From contig OZ241362.1 of the NCBI GenBank assembly GCA_965200315.1, forward strand, positions 1,408,001 through 1,472,000: a stretch of 64,000 nucleotides of DNA, written 5' to 3'. Position numbers and translations under genes: made by a program. The notes below the pieces were generated by a model. That model saw nothing but the letters and a program-made list of their open reading frames with translations. It ran no database searches and was not told the origin of the DNA. Of this stretch, positions 41,238 to 51,325 are shown piece by piece (the stretch's first letter is position 1; every line of letters begins with the position of its first letter). This stretch comes from Candidatus Latescibacterota bacterium (lineage in GTDB: Bacteria > Latescibacterota > UBA2968 > UBA8231).

Positions 41238-43227
41238 GCAGGACGGGGTGGCCGTTGCCGGGGAAGAAAATCATATCGACGATAAACGAGACCCCCACGC
41301 CGAAGAAGTGCCCGAGAATCAGGCCGATAAAAAACGGCGCGGCCTTGCGGTAGAGCTCGATGCCGCCAAAGCGCATGATTAAGCTCTTGGCCGCCCAAGA
41401 CACAAAAATCGCCGGGGCTTGATTGCGCACCATCCAAATAGCAGAGATCGCCAAGCCCACCGGGTGCAGAGGCCACCACGGAAACCGATACTGCATAAAC
41501 GTCAAAACCGACATCGCCGCCGCGCCAATGCCGAAGAAGCCCAACTTTTGCGCGTGAAAATCGGCCGGGGTTTTTATTTTACTCATTGCGTCTTCAAAGG
41601 AGCGGACGCCCGCGCCAGAAGAGACGCGGAAAAACCAAGAGTTGAAATTGGAAGCCCCCTGCTCGTAGGCCATGACAATGACGTACACAATGGCGGCGAT
41701 AAAGCCGACCAAGAGGGCCAGCGCAATGGCCAAGCACAAACCGCGCCGGCTCATGCGCATGGCGTCGTGCAGCCGGGCGGCATGCGCCGCCGACGGCATA
41801 AAAATCGACTGCACGTCGCTGAAGAACCCATAGCTCATCCCCAAGGCTGCCAAGCCCGTCGGCGAAATCGCACTGGTGCCAAAGGTCATCATGGTCATGG
41901 CTTGGCTGACCACGGGCGTCGTCAGGTAAAAGACGCCGGCCTGCACCACCAAGCGGGTGATGCCCAAGTAGGCAACGAGCACACCGCCCAAGAAAAACGC
42001 CGCCACCGATATTTCCATGCCGGCCTTGTTGAGCCACGCCAGCATATAGACAACCCCGACCAACAATCCGACGACCGCGCTGCGATAGGACATCAGCTCG
42101 CGGCTGTCGTCAACCGGGTGCGCGGGATTCCACGCCTTGCGGAACACATCTTTGAGGTGGTCGCGCGCCATCCACAGCCCCCACAGCACCAGCACCACAA
42201 ACGCCCCCCAACACTGCCAAGACGTCGATGGCAAGCCCCACACGAAGTTGTCGGCTTCGGTCACGCCAACGCCGAAGCGGTTAAACAGGCCCTCTTCGAC
42301 CAGCAGCAACAAATAGAAAAACCAGATGCTGAAGGTCACGTTGAGGTTGGCGAAATACATGAAGCCAACGACCGGGAAGTAGAAGCGGATGTTGATCGTG
42401 GGAAAGCCGTGCGCGATTTGGATGGGATGGTGCCATTCGATCTTGGGAAAAAAGTGAAAAAAAAAGCCGACGATGTTCCACAAGACAATGCACAGGGGGA
42501 TCGCCGCTCCCAGCCAAAAGACCTTGTTGCGCAAGACGGCCGGCACACGCGCCGGGCCGTCGGCGTCTGCCACCAGAGCTTGCGGCACCTCCATCAGCGG
42601 ATAGGCCAGCCGCTCGCGCTCGACCCACTGCTTGCGCAAGATGACGACGAGGCAAAAACAAACCGCGTACAAGGTCCAGATAAAGCTCAGCCACCAAAAC
42701 AGCGGCATGGCCCACGCATCGAGCAGCGTGCCCCAAGGCATCGGCTCACCTATGGGCAATCCCTCGAAGAACCACGTCATGGCCAAGCCGTCGTTGCTCG
42801 GCAGCAGCCACGCTGGCAGGTAGGGCAATACGTACGTGCCCCACTGGTTTTCAGCCGAGGCAAAGTAATAGGGAGTGGTGGGAATAGACAGCACGTAGCC
42901 CATCATAAAGATGGGGATGCCGGTCGTCACCAAGCCCATTACTACAACCGTGATCATCTCGGCCGGCCGCAAGGCCCAGCCGGGGTTGATCGTCTTGAGC
43001 AGAATGTTGAGCAGGATGAGACAGCAGAACGAGAAGCCGACGGCAATCGGAAAGAACGACCACGTGATCTCGGACGACCCCAAGACCCAGATGGCATAGG
43101 GTGCTCCCAAACACACCACGAGGACTTGGATGACGCCGAGCGCCAAGGAGCGGAGCGTGAGGCCGCTGGCCGCACCTTGGCGCGTATGCTCTTGCCGATA
43201 TGTAGGGGCCGCAGTCGGCGACGTCAT
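41230..43227 (-). CDS. DUF6785/DUF6784-type polytopic membrane protein (putative transporter), paralog 1
   Basis: Many TM helices; LRKQWVERERLAYPL, RFPWWPLHPVG, GGIELYRKAAPFFIGLI. Confidence 0.8.
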   Translation of the reverse strand: MTSPTAAPTYRQEHTRQGAASGLTLRSLALGVIQVLVVCLGAPYAIWVLGSSEITWSFFPIAVGFSFCCLILLNILLKTINPGWALRPAEMITVVVMGLVTTGIPIFMMGYVLSIPTTPYYFASAENQWGTYVLPYLPAWLLPSNDGLAMTWFFEGLPIGEPMPWGTLLDAWAMPLFWWLSFIWTLYAVCFCLVVILRKQWVERERLAYPLMEVPQALVADADGPARVPAVLRNKVFWLGAAIPLCIVLWNIVGFFFHFFPKIEWHHPIQIAHGFPTINIRFYFPVVGFMYFANLNVTFSIWFFYLLLLVEEGLFNRFGVGVTEADNFVWGLPSTSWQCWGAFVVLVLWGLWMARDHLKDVFRKAWNPAHPVDDSRELMSYRSAVVGLLVGVVYMLAWLNKAGMEISVAAFFLGGVLVAYLGITRLVVQAGVFYLTTPVVSQAMTMMTFGTSAISPTGLAALGMSYGFFSDVQSIFMPSAAHAARLHDAMRMSRRGLCLAIALALLVGFIAAIVYVIVMAYEQGASNFNSWFFRVSSGAGVRSFEDAMSKIKTPADFHAQKLGFFGIGAAAMSVLTFMQYRFPWWPLHPVGLAISAIWMVRNQAPAIFVSWAAKSLIMRFGGIELYRKAAPFFIGLILGHFFGVGVSFIVDMIFFPGNGHPVLHG

Positions 43228-43359
43228 CAAAAACCAGCTTCAGAGGCGATTCTAGCGGAATTAAACGCGGAAAATATGGCTCCAACGCCCAGCAGCCGCA
43301 ATCTCAACGGAGCTATAGCCACGGCATGAGATGCTGAGCGCAGCAGAGTCGAAGCACTC

Positions 43360-44970
43360 CTACCCTCCATCGTCTAGCCCGGCCGCGTGGCGGCCCGCAG
43401 CCGGATCGCCGGCCGCGTAGTACGTGCCCGCGTCGGCCCACAGCATGACCGGGGTGGCGATGGGGCCGTTGCGGGCCTCGACTTGGTGGCCGCGCCGCGC
43501 CAGTTCGTCGCGGACCTCGGCATCGACAGCCGAACTGATAGCCAGCGAGCCGGCCTCGATGAACGTCTGCTCGCGCACCGGATTGGGATCAAACGAGTCT
43601 TCGTGGTGGTCCGTGGCAAAGCGCGGCGCAACGACCGCTTCGGCTGGCCGCATCCCAAACTCCACAAAGTCGAGCAACAGATTCAAGGCCGCTTGGTCTT
43701 GCAGGTCGCCGCCGGCCACGCTAATGGCCAACACGGGCGCACCGTCTTTGAGTACCATCGTGGGCGTCAGGGTGATGCGAGGGCGCTTGCCCGGCGCGAT
43801 GCAGTTGGGGTGTCCGGGGGTTGTGTTGAGGCTGCGCAGGCGGTTGCCATAGGAGACGCCCGTGCTGCCGGTGCCGCCAGCGTGATAGACATTCGCGCTC
43901 GGCGTAGCCGATACGACCATGCCCCAGCGGTCGGCCACTACGCACGTGGTGGTGCCGCCGACGCCGGGCCGGAACGCGCCGCCCTCCTGCAGTGCCCTCC
44001 TACCGAGCGGGTCGCCGGGGCGGGCATCCAGCGAGGCTTGCCCCATGTCGATCAGGGGCCGCCGGAGCTGGGTATATTCGTCGGACAGCAAGGCGTTCAT
44101 GGGCACATCCACGAACAGGGGGTCTCCGTAGTACGCATCGCGGTCGGCCATGGCCAGCTTCATCGCTTCGGTGACCGCGTGGACGTAGTCGGCCGAGCAA
44201 TGCCCCATGCTTTTGAGATCAAACCCTTCGAGCAGGCGCAAAGCTTGGCACAGATAGGGGCCTTGGGTCCACGGGCCGCACTTGTACACTTGGTAGCCCC
44301 GGTAATCGACTGCCACCGGCTCCTCGATCAAAGTCCTATGGGCGGCCAGATCCGCACGGCGCAAGAACCCGCCCTGCTCCACGTAGAACGCCTCCAAGTC
44401 TGCGGCTATATCGCCGTGCTCGGCGCGGCGGCCATAGAAGTGATCGCAAGCCGCTTGCAGCTTCTCTTGGCGATTGCCGGTGGCGCGATGTTCCTCCTCC
44501 ACCATGCGCCGCAGCGTCCGCGCCAAGTCGGGGTGCCACGCCTCCTCTCCTTGGTCGAGCAGGGCCAAGGTCGGCGCGACAATCGCGGCAAAGCTCTGCG
44601 TGCCGTATTGCTGCAAAAGGGTAATGCACAAATCCACGACCGAGGGCACCGGGGCCATCTTGATGTCGTGGTCGGGGATGCCGTGCTCCATGTACCAAGC
44701 ACTAGCCTCCGGCGACAGCGGCGCACGCCCCTGGCCGGACAGCGACTTGACCGCGTTTCCGTCCCATATAAGCACCGGCACTTCCCCGCCGATGGAGCAG
44801 GCCCCGTGATCGGTGACGTTGAGCGCAAAAATTGCGCCGGCGGCCGCATCGGCCGCATTGCCACCCGCGCCGAGGATTTCTATACCAGCGGCTACAGCAC
44901 CAGCACCACCAGCCGCAATGACGCCGGTTTTGCTCTGGGTCTGCCAGCCGATCTGATCTGATCTACTCAT
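43360..44970 (-). CDS. Gamma-glutamyltransferase family protein
   Basis: GGNAADAA, SIGGE, KLAMADRDAYYGDP, nucleophile in GTTTCVVAD, PGKRPRITLTP. Confidence 0.9.
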   Translation of the reverse strand: MSRSDQIGWQTQSKTGVIAAGGAGAVAAGIEILGAGGNAADAAAGAIFALNVTDHGACSIGGEVPVLIWDGNAVKSLSGQGRAPLSPEASAWYMEHGIPDHDIKMAPVPSVVDLCITLLQQYGTQSFAAIVAPTLALLDQGEEAWHPDLARTLRRMVEEEHRATGNRQEKLQAACDHFYGRRAEHGDIAADLEAFYVEQGGFLRRADLAAHRTLIEEPVAVDYRGYQVYKCGPWTQGPYLCQALRLLEGFDLKSMGHCSADYVHAVTEAMKLAMADRDAYYGDPLFVDVPMNALLSDEYTQLRRPLIDMGQASLDARPGDPLGRRALQEGGAFRPGVGGTTTCVVADRWGMVVSATPSANVYHAGGTGSTGVSYGNRLRSLNTTPGHPNCIAPGKRPRITLTPTMVLKDGAPVLAISVAGGDLQDQAALNLLLDFVEFGMRPAEAVVAPRFATDHHEDSFDPNPVREQTFIEAGSLAISSAVDAEVRDELARRGHQVEARNGPIATPVMLWADAGTYYAAGDPAAGRHAAGLDDGG

Positions 44971-45063
44971 GTGTTGCTCCTTGTCGAAAAGAAAATTTGC
45001 CGCGTTTAATATCGCTTGGTGGGGGTGGTCTGTCGAGAATATTTCGGTGGAACCATCCTCAGC

Positions 45064-45400
45064 ATGAGATTCTTGGCGGACATGGGAATCTCTCCGAGTA
45101 CCACCGCGTACCTTATTGTAGAACAGGGACACGATGCCACGCACTTAGCTGCTCAAGGGCTACATCGGTTGCCTGATCCACAAATTTTAGCCAAGGCTCG
45201 CCATGAGCAGCGCATACTTCGCACGCACGACCTAGACTTTGGGGAACTAATTACCCAGCGTCCTTATTTTTCGCCTACGCCACATGCAGCCGGCCCACGT
45301 CAACAGCTAAATCATCTCAGTCTATCACAAACAACTTGAAGATGGCTGTGTCATAAGCGTCACAGAGGGCCAAATCCGCACTCGCCAACTTCCGCTATAG
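45064..45400 (+). pseudogene. DUF5615 PIN-like toxin relic
   Basis: MRFLADMGIS...GHDATH...RLPDPQIL..A..EQRIL.THDLDFGEL; C-terminus EDGCVISVTEGQIRTRQLPL is in another frame; no antitoxin upstream. Confidence 0.7.
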
Positions 45401-45454
45401 AAGCAAAAAGCCGAGCATATTGCCCTACTCAGCGAGTCGTTGAATCAGGGCGAT

Positions 45455-45991
45455 TCACTGTATCAATCGGTCGACTTGATCTAAAATTGCATCGGGCGTC
45501 GGCCGGTCGGAAATGCTTTTCCCTACGTATCTCCATTCGATGTCGCCCTCGGGCGAAACGAGGACGGCGGCCGGCGTCGCAAGGCCGTCATGCAGCAGGT
45601 TGTAAACCCCGTAGTCCTTAGCTACCTCGGCGTTCTCGTCTGACAGAATGGCAAATTCAGCGCCGGTGAGCTCCACCATTTTCAGCGCGTCGGCCATGCC
45701 ATCCGTGCTGATCGCCGCAAGCGACACATTGCGCTTTAGAAACTCGGGATACACATCTGCCAACTCACCTAGTTGGCTCCGACAGGAACCTCAGAAGAAT
45801 CCTCTGTAAAACAGCAGTACCGCGGCCGCGCGATTGTCGAGTAAATCGGCCAAGGAAACAGAAGTCCCATCCTCCGCAGGTAAGGTGAACGCCGGCGCTC
45901 GACTGCCCGAGGAGACGGCATTGGAGTTGCAGCCGACCAAGGAGATGAGAGTCGCGATTGCCCAGGCCAGAAGCACGACCCTATGGTGCAT
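45455..45991 (-). CDS. Selenoprotein: lipoprotein peroxiredoxin-like AhpC/TSA (UxxC)
   Basis: One frame reading FYRGFF-TGA-GSCRSQLGEL across TGA at 45793-45791; lipobox LVGC; APAFTLP, AAISTD, ILSD..AEVAKDYGV. Confidence 0.88.
45759..45777 (-). promoter_or_regulatory. Bacterial SECIS-like hairpin
   Basis: GCCAACU-AGGUG-AGUUGGC; apical loop starts 20 nt after the UGA and has G at position 2. Confidence 0.75.
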
Positions 45992-45999
45992 TTTCTCTC

Positions 46000-46821
46000 C
46001 TACTCGGCGAGCCGCCCAAGCGGCTTGCGCGGGCCGACCAAGATCATCCGCCCCCACGTGTTGTCGTCGTCGCCATTGCCGTAGATCATAAAGTGCCCGC
46101 CGTACGCGCCGCCGTCTGGGTCGGTGTGGACGATTTCCATGCTGTATTCGTCGCCCACTTGCGGCGGCTGCCAGCGGGGGTCGCTCTGGGCAAACGTCGC
46201 GTGCATATCCACGCGAGCCTCCAAGATGAAATCGGCCGCGCTCCGGCCCCAAGGATCCATGCGCACGACGTAGTCGCAAGCGGCTTCGGGGATCGGCTCT
46301 TCAATGTAGCTCTGGCCGGGCGCACCGTGCCGCCACCAAGCGTTTTGCGGGGTGCGCTGCGGATCGGCGACAAAGCAGAAGGCGTTGTCGCCTTGGCCGA
46401 AGCGCTCGTTGGCTCGGTCGCGCGGGCCTTCCATGAACCAGCAAATCGCATCCTTGAAATACCAGCGCTTGTCCGCCGGATTGGGGTCGTCGAGGTCGTT
46501 GACATTGTCGAGCACCTCGGCCCCGAAGTAGAAGTTTTGTGCGTCCCAAGCAATGTAGTAGCGGGCACTCAAATCCTCGGCGAGCGACGGCTCGTCGCCG
46601 TGGTCGGTGAGGCGGTTGCGCGCACCGCGATCGAGGCGATAGAAGCTGGCCTCGCTGATGCGGCGCATGTCCCAGACGCCGTCGTTGTGGGCGCGGTCCT
46701 TCCACTCGGAAAGGTCGCCGTCAATGGTCGGGGCCGCTTCCAGCAAGGGAACGTTGATGTTCACGTCCGCACGTGAGACGGAGGCCGCGAGCAAAATCGC
46801 GCACATCGCAAAAGGCAGCAT
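46000..46821 (-). CDS. Secreted CBM9-like sugar-binding domain protein
   Basis: Signal peptide; APTIDGDLSEW, DLSARYYIAWDAQNFYFGAEVLD. Confidence 0.72.
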   Translation of the reverse strand: MLPFAMCAILLAASVSRADVNINVPLLEAAPTIDGDLSEWKDRAHNDGVWDMRRISEASFYRLDRGARNRLTDHGDEPSLAEDLSARYYIAWDAQNFYFGAEVLDNVNDLDDPNPADKRWYFKDAICWFMEGPRDRANERFGQGDNAFCFVADPQRTPQNAWWRHGAPGQSYIEEPIPEAACDYVVRMDPWGRSAADFILEARVDMHATFAQSDPRWQPPQVGDEYSMEIVHTDPDGGAYGGHFMIYGNGDDDNTWGRMILVGPRKPLGRLAE

Positions 46822-46832
46822 ACATTTTCTCC

Positions 46833-47579
46833 TCAGCGGTAGTCTTCGGCTCGGTCCGCGGGCACAAAGCCCACCGTCTGGCGAGCGTGGTCTAGGTCGC
46901 GGTAGCCCCATTGGTTGTCCGAGTTGACGAAGAAGGTGTCGAAGGGCAAGTCGAGGGGGGCGGCAAGGCACTTTTCGATCATCTGCACTGCGTCGCGCTG
47001 GCTGCACCAGACGCAGTACTCGCGGGAATGGGTCGGGTGGTTTTCCGGGTTGACGCGGCCAAAACGCAGGCAGAGGACGGACATGCCGTGGGCCGCGGCG
47101 TACTCGCGGCCCAGCTCTTCGCCCCAGACCTTGCTGGCCGCGTACAGGCCCGTGGGCCGCAAGGGCGATTGCGCGGTCAGCATCGGCCACTCGGCGGGCA
47201 CTTGGTCGTACTCGCCGGCCAGAAGCTCCTTGTATGGCGAGAGCGCGGCATAGCCCCCCATGACCGATCCACTGCTGGCAAAGAGAACGCGCCGCACCCC
47301 GGCCTCGCGGGCCGCGGCGAAAACATTCCCGGCACCCTGCAAGTTGGCGCGGAAAATCGCTGCCATATCGTTGTCAATCTGGGCGGCGAGATGGACGACC
47401 GCGTCGATCCCGGCAAAGACCGGCCGGATGGCGTCGAGTTCGGCGATGTCGGCTTGGTGGCAGTCGATGTGCGGCAGCGGGCGGCGGTTGAGGGCGCGCA
47501 AATTATAGCGGGTGCGCAGGCTGGCGACCGCGGCCGTGCCGATCAGACCTGTGGCACCTGTGATGAGGACGTTTTGCAT
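46833..47579 (-). CDS. NAD-dependent epimerase/uronate dehydrogenase-like SDR
   Basis: ITGATGLIG, VVHLAA, FASS, YAASK, LCLRFG. Confidence 0.88.
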   Translation of the reverse strand: MQNVLITGATGLIGTAAVASLRTRYNLRALNRRPLPHIDCHQADIAELDAIRPVFAGIDAVVHLAAQIDNDMAAIFRANLQGAGNVFAAAREAGVRRVLFASSGSVMGGYAALSPYKELLAGEYDQVPAEWPMLTAQSPLRPTGLYAASKVWGEELGREYAAAHGMSVLCLRFGRVNPENHPTHSREYCVWCSQRDAVQMIEKCLAAPLDLPFDTFFVNSDNQWGYRDLDHARQTVGFVPADRAEDYR

Positions 47580-47799
47580 AAGCCTATTGGGGGGTGAATG
47601 TTGGCTCTCATTAGTAAGTAACTGAATGGTAAGCACGGCCCCTAGGTATGAGATGCTGAGCGGAGTCGCAGCATCTCTATTGCCAATGCTAGCATACTGG
47701 CAGGACGATGCGTAACATCAGTAAGTAATATGTCCAGACGTGTCCAGTGGGCGCGGCCCGTGTTGTGGGCAATTAGCGCGTGGGCTACTATACACCGCC

Positions 47800-49080
47800 G
47801 TGAAACACACGATGGCGATATGGGGTTTTTGCGCGTGGGCGGTGCTGTTTGCTAGCGGCTGCACAGCCGACCGAGAAAGAATGCCCGGCGAGCCGGTGCC
47901 GGTTTCGCTGTGGATGTTCGGCGGAGTGGAGGAGCAGGACCGGTGGTTGCGGCAGGCCGTGGACCGATTTAATGCCTCACAGGACAACATCCGCGTCGAG
48001 TACGAGAATCGGGATTGGGCCACGCAGCGGGAAAGCCTGATTACCTCGACGATTGCCGGCGAGGGGCCGGACATCATTCGCGTACACCACAAGTACTCAG
48101 TCGAGTTTGGCGAGCTGGGCGGGCTGTACGCTCTGGAGCGGTTTGCGGATTTTCCCCAAGTCAAAGCGCGGATTCTCGACAACCTGTGGGAGCACGTCGC
48201 GTACGAAGGCCAGCACTTTGGGCTGCCCATCCAGATTTTGCCCTTTATCATGGCAGTGAACAAGGCGCTGTTGGCCGCGCACGAGGTGGAAGTGCCCCAG
48301 ACTTGGGAGGATATGCTGGCGTTGGGGCCGGTGCTCAAGGAGCGAGGGCTTTTCGCCTTCACCATGCCAGCGGGGCTGAACCAAGACACGGCCTACCGCT
48401 TTTTGCCGCTGCTCTACAAGGCGGGTGGACGGGTGTTCAACGAGGACTGGTCGCAAGCCGCTTTTAACGGCCCGGCCGGTATCTCGGCGTTGGAGTTCCT
48501 CGTGGCCATGAAGGAGCAGGGCTTTATGCCGCCGGCGTGTGCCGCCTATGCCTTTGACGAGAACGCGGCCACTTGGTGTACGGAAAAAGCGCTGCTGTCG
48601 ATTGAGGGGCCGTGGTGGCAGCACATTGTGGCCAATAACTACGACTTCCCGGTGGAGAAGTTGCAGTTGATCCGGCTGCCCGGACCGGCCCAGCCCCTCG
48701 GACCGCATCCGCCGCGTACCTTGCTGGACTTGGTCATGGTGGCGATCACCGGCTATACCCGAGCGCCGGAAGAGGCGTGGACGGTGCTCAAGGCCCTGTG
48801 GCTCGACGATCCGCAGTGGCACGTTCCCAACGCCGAGATGCTGGGCTTCCCCACTCAGAAGATCGCCTACGCCCCGGGGATCGAGTCGAATTTCATCAAC
48901 AGCGAAGTGCTGGCTGCGGCTGGCCAGAACGGTTTAGCGTGGCCGGGGCATCCGGCGGTGACGCAGATCCAGCGGCTGATGGCCGACGCGGTCAATATGG
49001 CGCTGAGCGGGACCCTGGCCCCCAAGGAGGCACTCGATCAGGCCGCAGAGGAAGTGGACGAAATTTTGGCTGACTATTGA
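47800..49080 (+). CDS. Carbohydrate ABC (CUT1) substrate-binding lipoprotein 1
   Basis: Lipobox FASGC; GPDI, YEGQHFGLP, VPQTWED, APKEALD. Confidence 0.88.
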   Translation: MKHTMAIWGFCAWAVLFASGCTADRERMPGEPVPVSLWMFGGVEEQDRWLRQAVDRFNASQDNIRVEYENRDWATQRESLITSTIAGEGPDIIRVHHKYSVEFGELGGLYALERFADFPQVKARILDNLWEHVAYEGQHFGLPIQILPFIMAVNKALLAAHEVEVPQTWEDMLALGPVLKERGLFAFTMPAGLNQDTAYRFLPLLYKAGGRVFNEDWSQAAFNGPAGISALEFLVAMKEQGFMPPACAAYAFDENAATWCTEKALLSIEGPWWQHIVANNYDFPVEKLQLIRLPGPAQPLGPHPPRTLLDLVMVAITGYTRAPEEAWTVLKALWLDDPQWHVPNAEMLGFPTQKIAYAPGIESNFINSEVLAAAGQNGLAWPGHPAVTQIQRLMADAVNMALSGTLAPKEALDQAAEEVDEILADY

Positions 49081-49119
49081 CTTGCCTAGCGTCATTGACT
49101 CTGTATAAGCTGCTCAGTT

Positions 49120-50388
49120 ATGTACGTAAAAAGAATGCTCATTCCGCTCTTTGTGAGCCTAGTCGCCTGCGGCGGCGACGACCGTCCGCGGCCCGGCGAG
49201 CCGACCGCGGTGGTGTTGTGGGAGTTCGGGGGCGTACCGGGCCTGCGCGCATGGGTGCAGCAGGCCGTGGCCGACTTCAACGCCGCGCGCCGCGACATCC
49301 AAATCGAGCTGGAGTTCCGCGACTGGGCGACCCAGCGCGAGAGCCTGATCAGCACCACCATCGTCGGCGATGGGCCGGATATTGTGAGGGTGCATCACAA
49401 GTACTCAGTGGAGTTCGGCGAGTTGGGGGGACTGTACGCGCTGGAGAACTTTCCCGACTTCCCCCAAGTCAAGGAGCGCATCCTCGACAATGTTTGGGAA
49501 TTGGTCGAATACGACGGCCAGCACTACGGTCTGCCGGTGACCATGCTGCCCTTCGTGCTGGCGGTCAACACCGACATTATGACGCGGATGGGCCTCGCAG
49601 TGCCCAAGACTTGGGACGAGATGCTGGCACTGGGGCCGCAATTTGCGGGCACCGGGGTCCAGCCTTTTACCATGCCTGGGGGCGTCAATCTGGACACGGC
49701 CTACCGCTTCTTGCCGCTGCTGTACAAAGCGAGCGGGCGCGTCTTTAACGAGGATTGGTCGGCCGCTGCCTTCAACGGCCCAGCCGGGCAGGCGGCACTG
49801 GAGTTTTTAGTGGAAATGAAAAACAAGGGCTATTTGCCGGCCGGCAGCGCCGCTTATCGCTTCGACGAGAACGCCGCGCACTGGTCAACCGGCAAGGCGG
49901 CGCTGTCGATTGAGGGGCCGTGGTGGCAGGATATCGTCCACGGCAACTACGGCTTTGATCTGAACAATCTGGCGCTGGCGCAGGTGCCCGGCCCGGTCGA
50001 GCCGCTGGAACCGCATCCATCGCGGACGTTGCTCGACGTAATTATGATTGCCATAACGGGCTATAGCAAAGTCCCCAACCAAGCCTGGGAAGTGGTCAAG
50101 GCGCTAAATTTGGACCATCCGGTCTGGCGCAACCCCAACCCGACCATGGGCGGCATCCCCACGCTGAAGGCGGCTTATTCCGAAGGCGTGCAATCCGATT
50201 ACATCGACCTAGACCAGCTCGCCACAGCCGGGGCCAATGGGCTGGGTTGGCCGGGGCATCCGGCCATTACCCAAATCCAGCGGCACATTGCCGACGCGGT
50301 CAATATGGCGCTGACCGGCACGCTAAGCCCCAAGGAGGCGCTGGACTTGGCCGCCGAAGAAGTAAACGAGGTGTTGCGTGATTACTAG
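49120..50388 (+). CDS. Carbohydrate ABC (CUT1) substrate-binding lipoprotein 2
   Basis: Lipobox LVAC; close paralog of 47800-49080. Confidence 0.88.
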   Translation: MYVKRMLIPLFVSLVACGGDDRPRPGEPTAVVLWEFGGVPGLRAWVQQAVADFNAARRDIQIELEFRDWATQRESLISTTIVGDGPDIVRVHHKYSVEFGELGGLYALENFPDFPQVKERILDNVWELVEYDGQHYGLPVTMLPFVLAVNTDIMTRMGLAVPKTWDEMLALGPQFAGTGVQPFTMPGGVNLDTAYRFLPLLYKASGRVFNEDWSAAAFNGPAGQAALEFLVEMKNKGYLPAGSAAYRFDENAAHWSTGKAALSIEGPWWQDIVHGNYGFDLNNLALAQVPGPVEPLEPHPSRTLLDVIMIAITGYSKVPNQAWEVVKALNLDHPVWRNPNPTMGGIPTLKAAYSEGVQSDYIDLDQLATAGANGLGWPGHPAITQIQRHIADAVNMALTGTLSPKEALDLAAEEVNEVLRDY

Positions 50389-51283
50389 TGATGAGCGGCG
50401 CAAAAACCTGACTCCTTACTATTTCTTGCTACCGGCCCTGCTAGTCTTGGCGGTCGTCATCCTCTACCCGGTGTGCAGCAACCTGATCATGAGCTTGCAC
50501 AAGGTGAAGCTCTTCCGCGGGGCCGGCGACGAGTTCATCGGCCTGACCCATTACGCCAAGCTCTTCGGCAGCCGCACCTTTGTCAACAGCATCTGGAGCT
50601 CGGTGCGCTTTACTCTCTACTCGCTGCCGGTAGCCTTCGTCTTGGGCTTGGGGATGGCGTTGATCTTCAACGAGATTCGCAAGTATCGCCCTGTCTTTAC
50701 CGGCTTTCTGCTCATCCCCTGGGCCATCGCCCCGGTGGTGACCGGCTACATGTGGCGCTGGCTCTTCCACGACAGCTTCGGCCTCGTCAATCACACGCTC
50801 TTGAGCCTCGGCTTCATCGACGCCAATGTCCCCTATCTGGCGCAGCCGGACGCGGCCCTCGGCGCGGTGGTGGTGGCCAATGTCTGGCGCTTCATGCCCT
50901 ATATCACCATCATGCTGCTGGCCGGTTTGCAGGGCGTGTCCGCCGAGCTGTACGAGGCCGCGCACGTCGATGGAGCCAATGTGTTTGAGCGCTTCTTCCA
51001 CGTGACCCTGCCGCAGCTCAAACACGTGATCGGGGTGGTATTCCTCTTCGCCACCATCTGGATGGTCAACGACTTCGCGCTGATCTTCATTATGACCGAG
51101 GGCGGCCCGGCCAAGGCCACGCAGGTGGTGCCGATTACGGTGTATCGCATCGCCTTTGAGCACCTGCGGCTCGGCAAGGGCGCGGCCGCGGCGCTGATTC
51201 TGCTGCTCTTTTTGCTGGCCCTGAGCATCGTTTTCATCCGCGTGCTCTTCCGCGAGGAGAGGAAGGGCCGGGATGGGCAATAG
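50378..51283 (+). CDS. Carbohydrate ABC permease (UgpA/MalF-like)
   Basis: EAA motif LYEAAHVDGA..FERFFHVTLPQL; TEGGP. Confidence 0.92.
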   Translation: MITSDERRKNLTPYYFLLPALLVLAVVILYPVCSNLIMSLHKVKLFRGAGDEFIGLTHYAKLFGSRTFVNSIWSSVRFTLYSLPVAFVLGLGMALIFNEIRKYRPVFTGFLLIPWAIAPVVTGYMWRWLFHDSFGLVNHTLLSLGFIDANVPYLAQPDAALGAVVVANVWRFMPYITIMLLAGLQGVSAELYEAAHVDGANVFERFFHVTLPQLKHVIGVVFLFATIWMVNDFALIFIMTEGGPAKATQVVPITVYRIAFEHLRLGKGAAAALILLLFLLALSIVFIRVLFREERKGRDGQ

Positions 51284-51325
51284 GAATCTCTCCCAAGCGC
51301 GTCAACTTTTAGGAGCAAGGCTCTG

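Noticed and set aside
41419-44961. Long plus-strand ORFs of 636 and 524 aa
   Set aside because: Antisense shadows of GC-rich genes with clear minus-strand identity.
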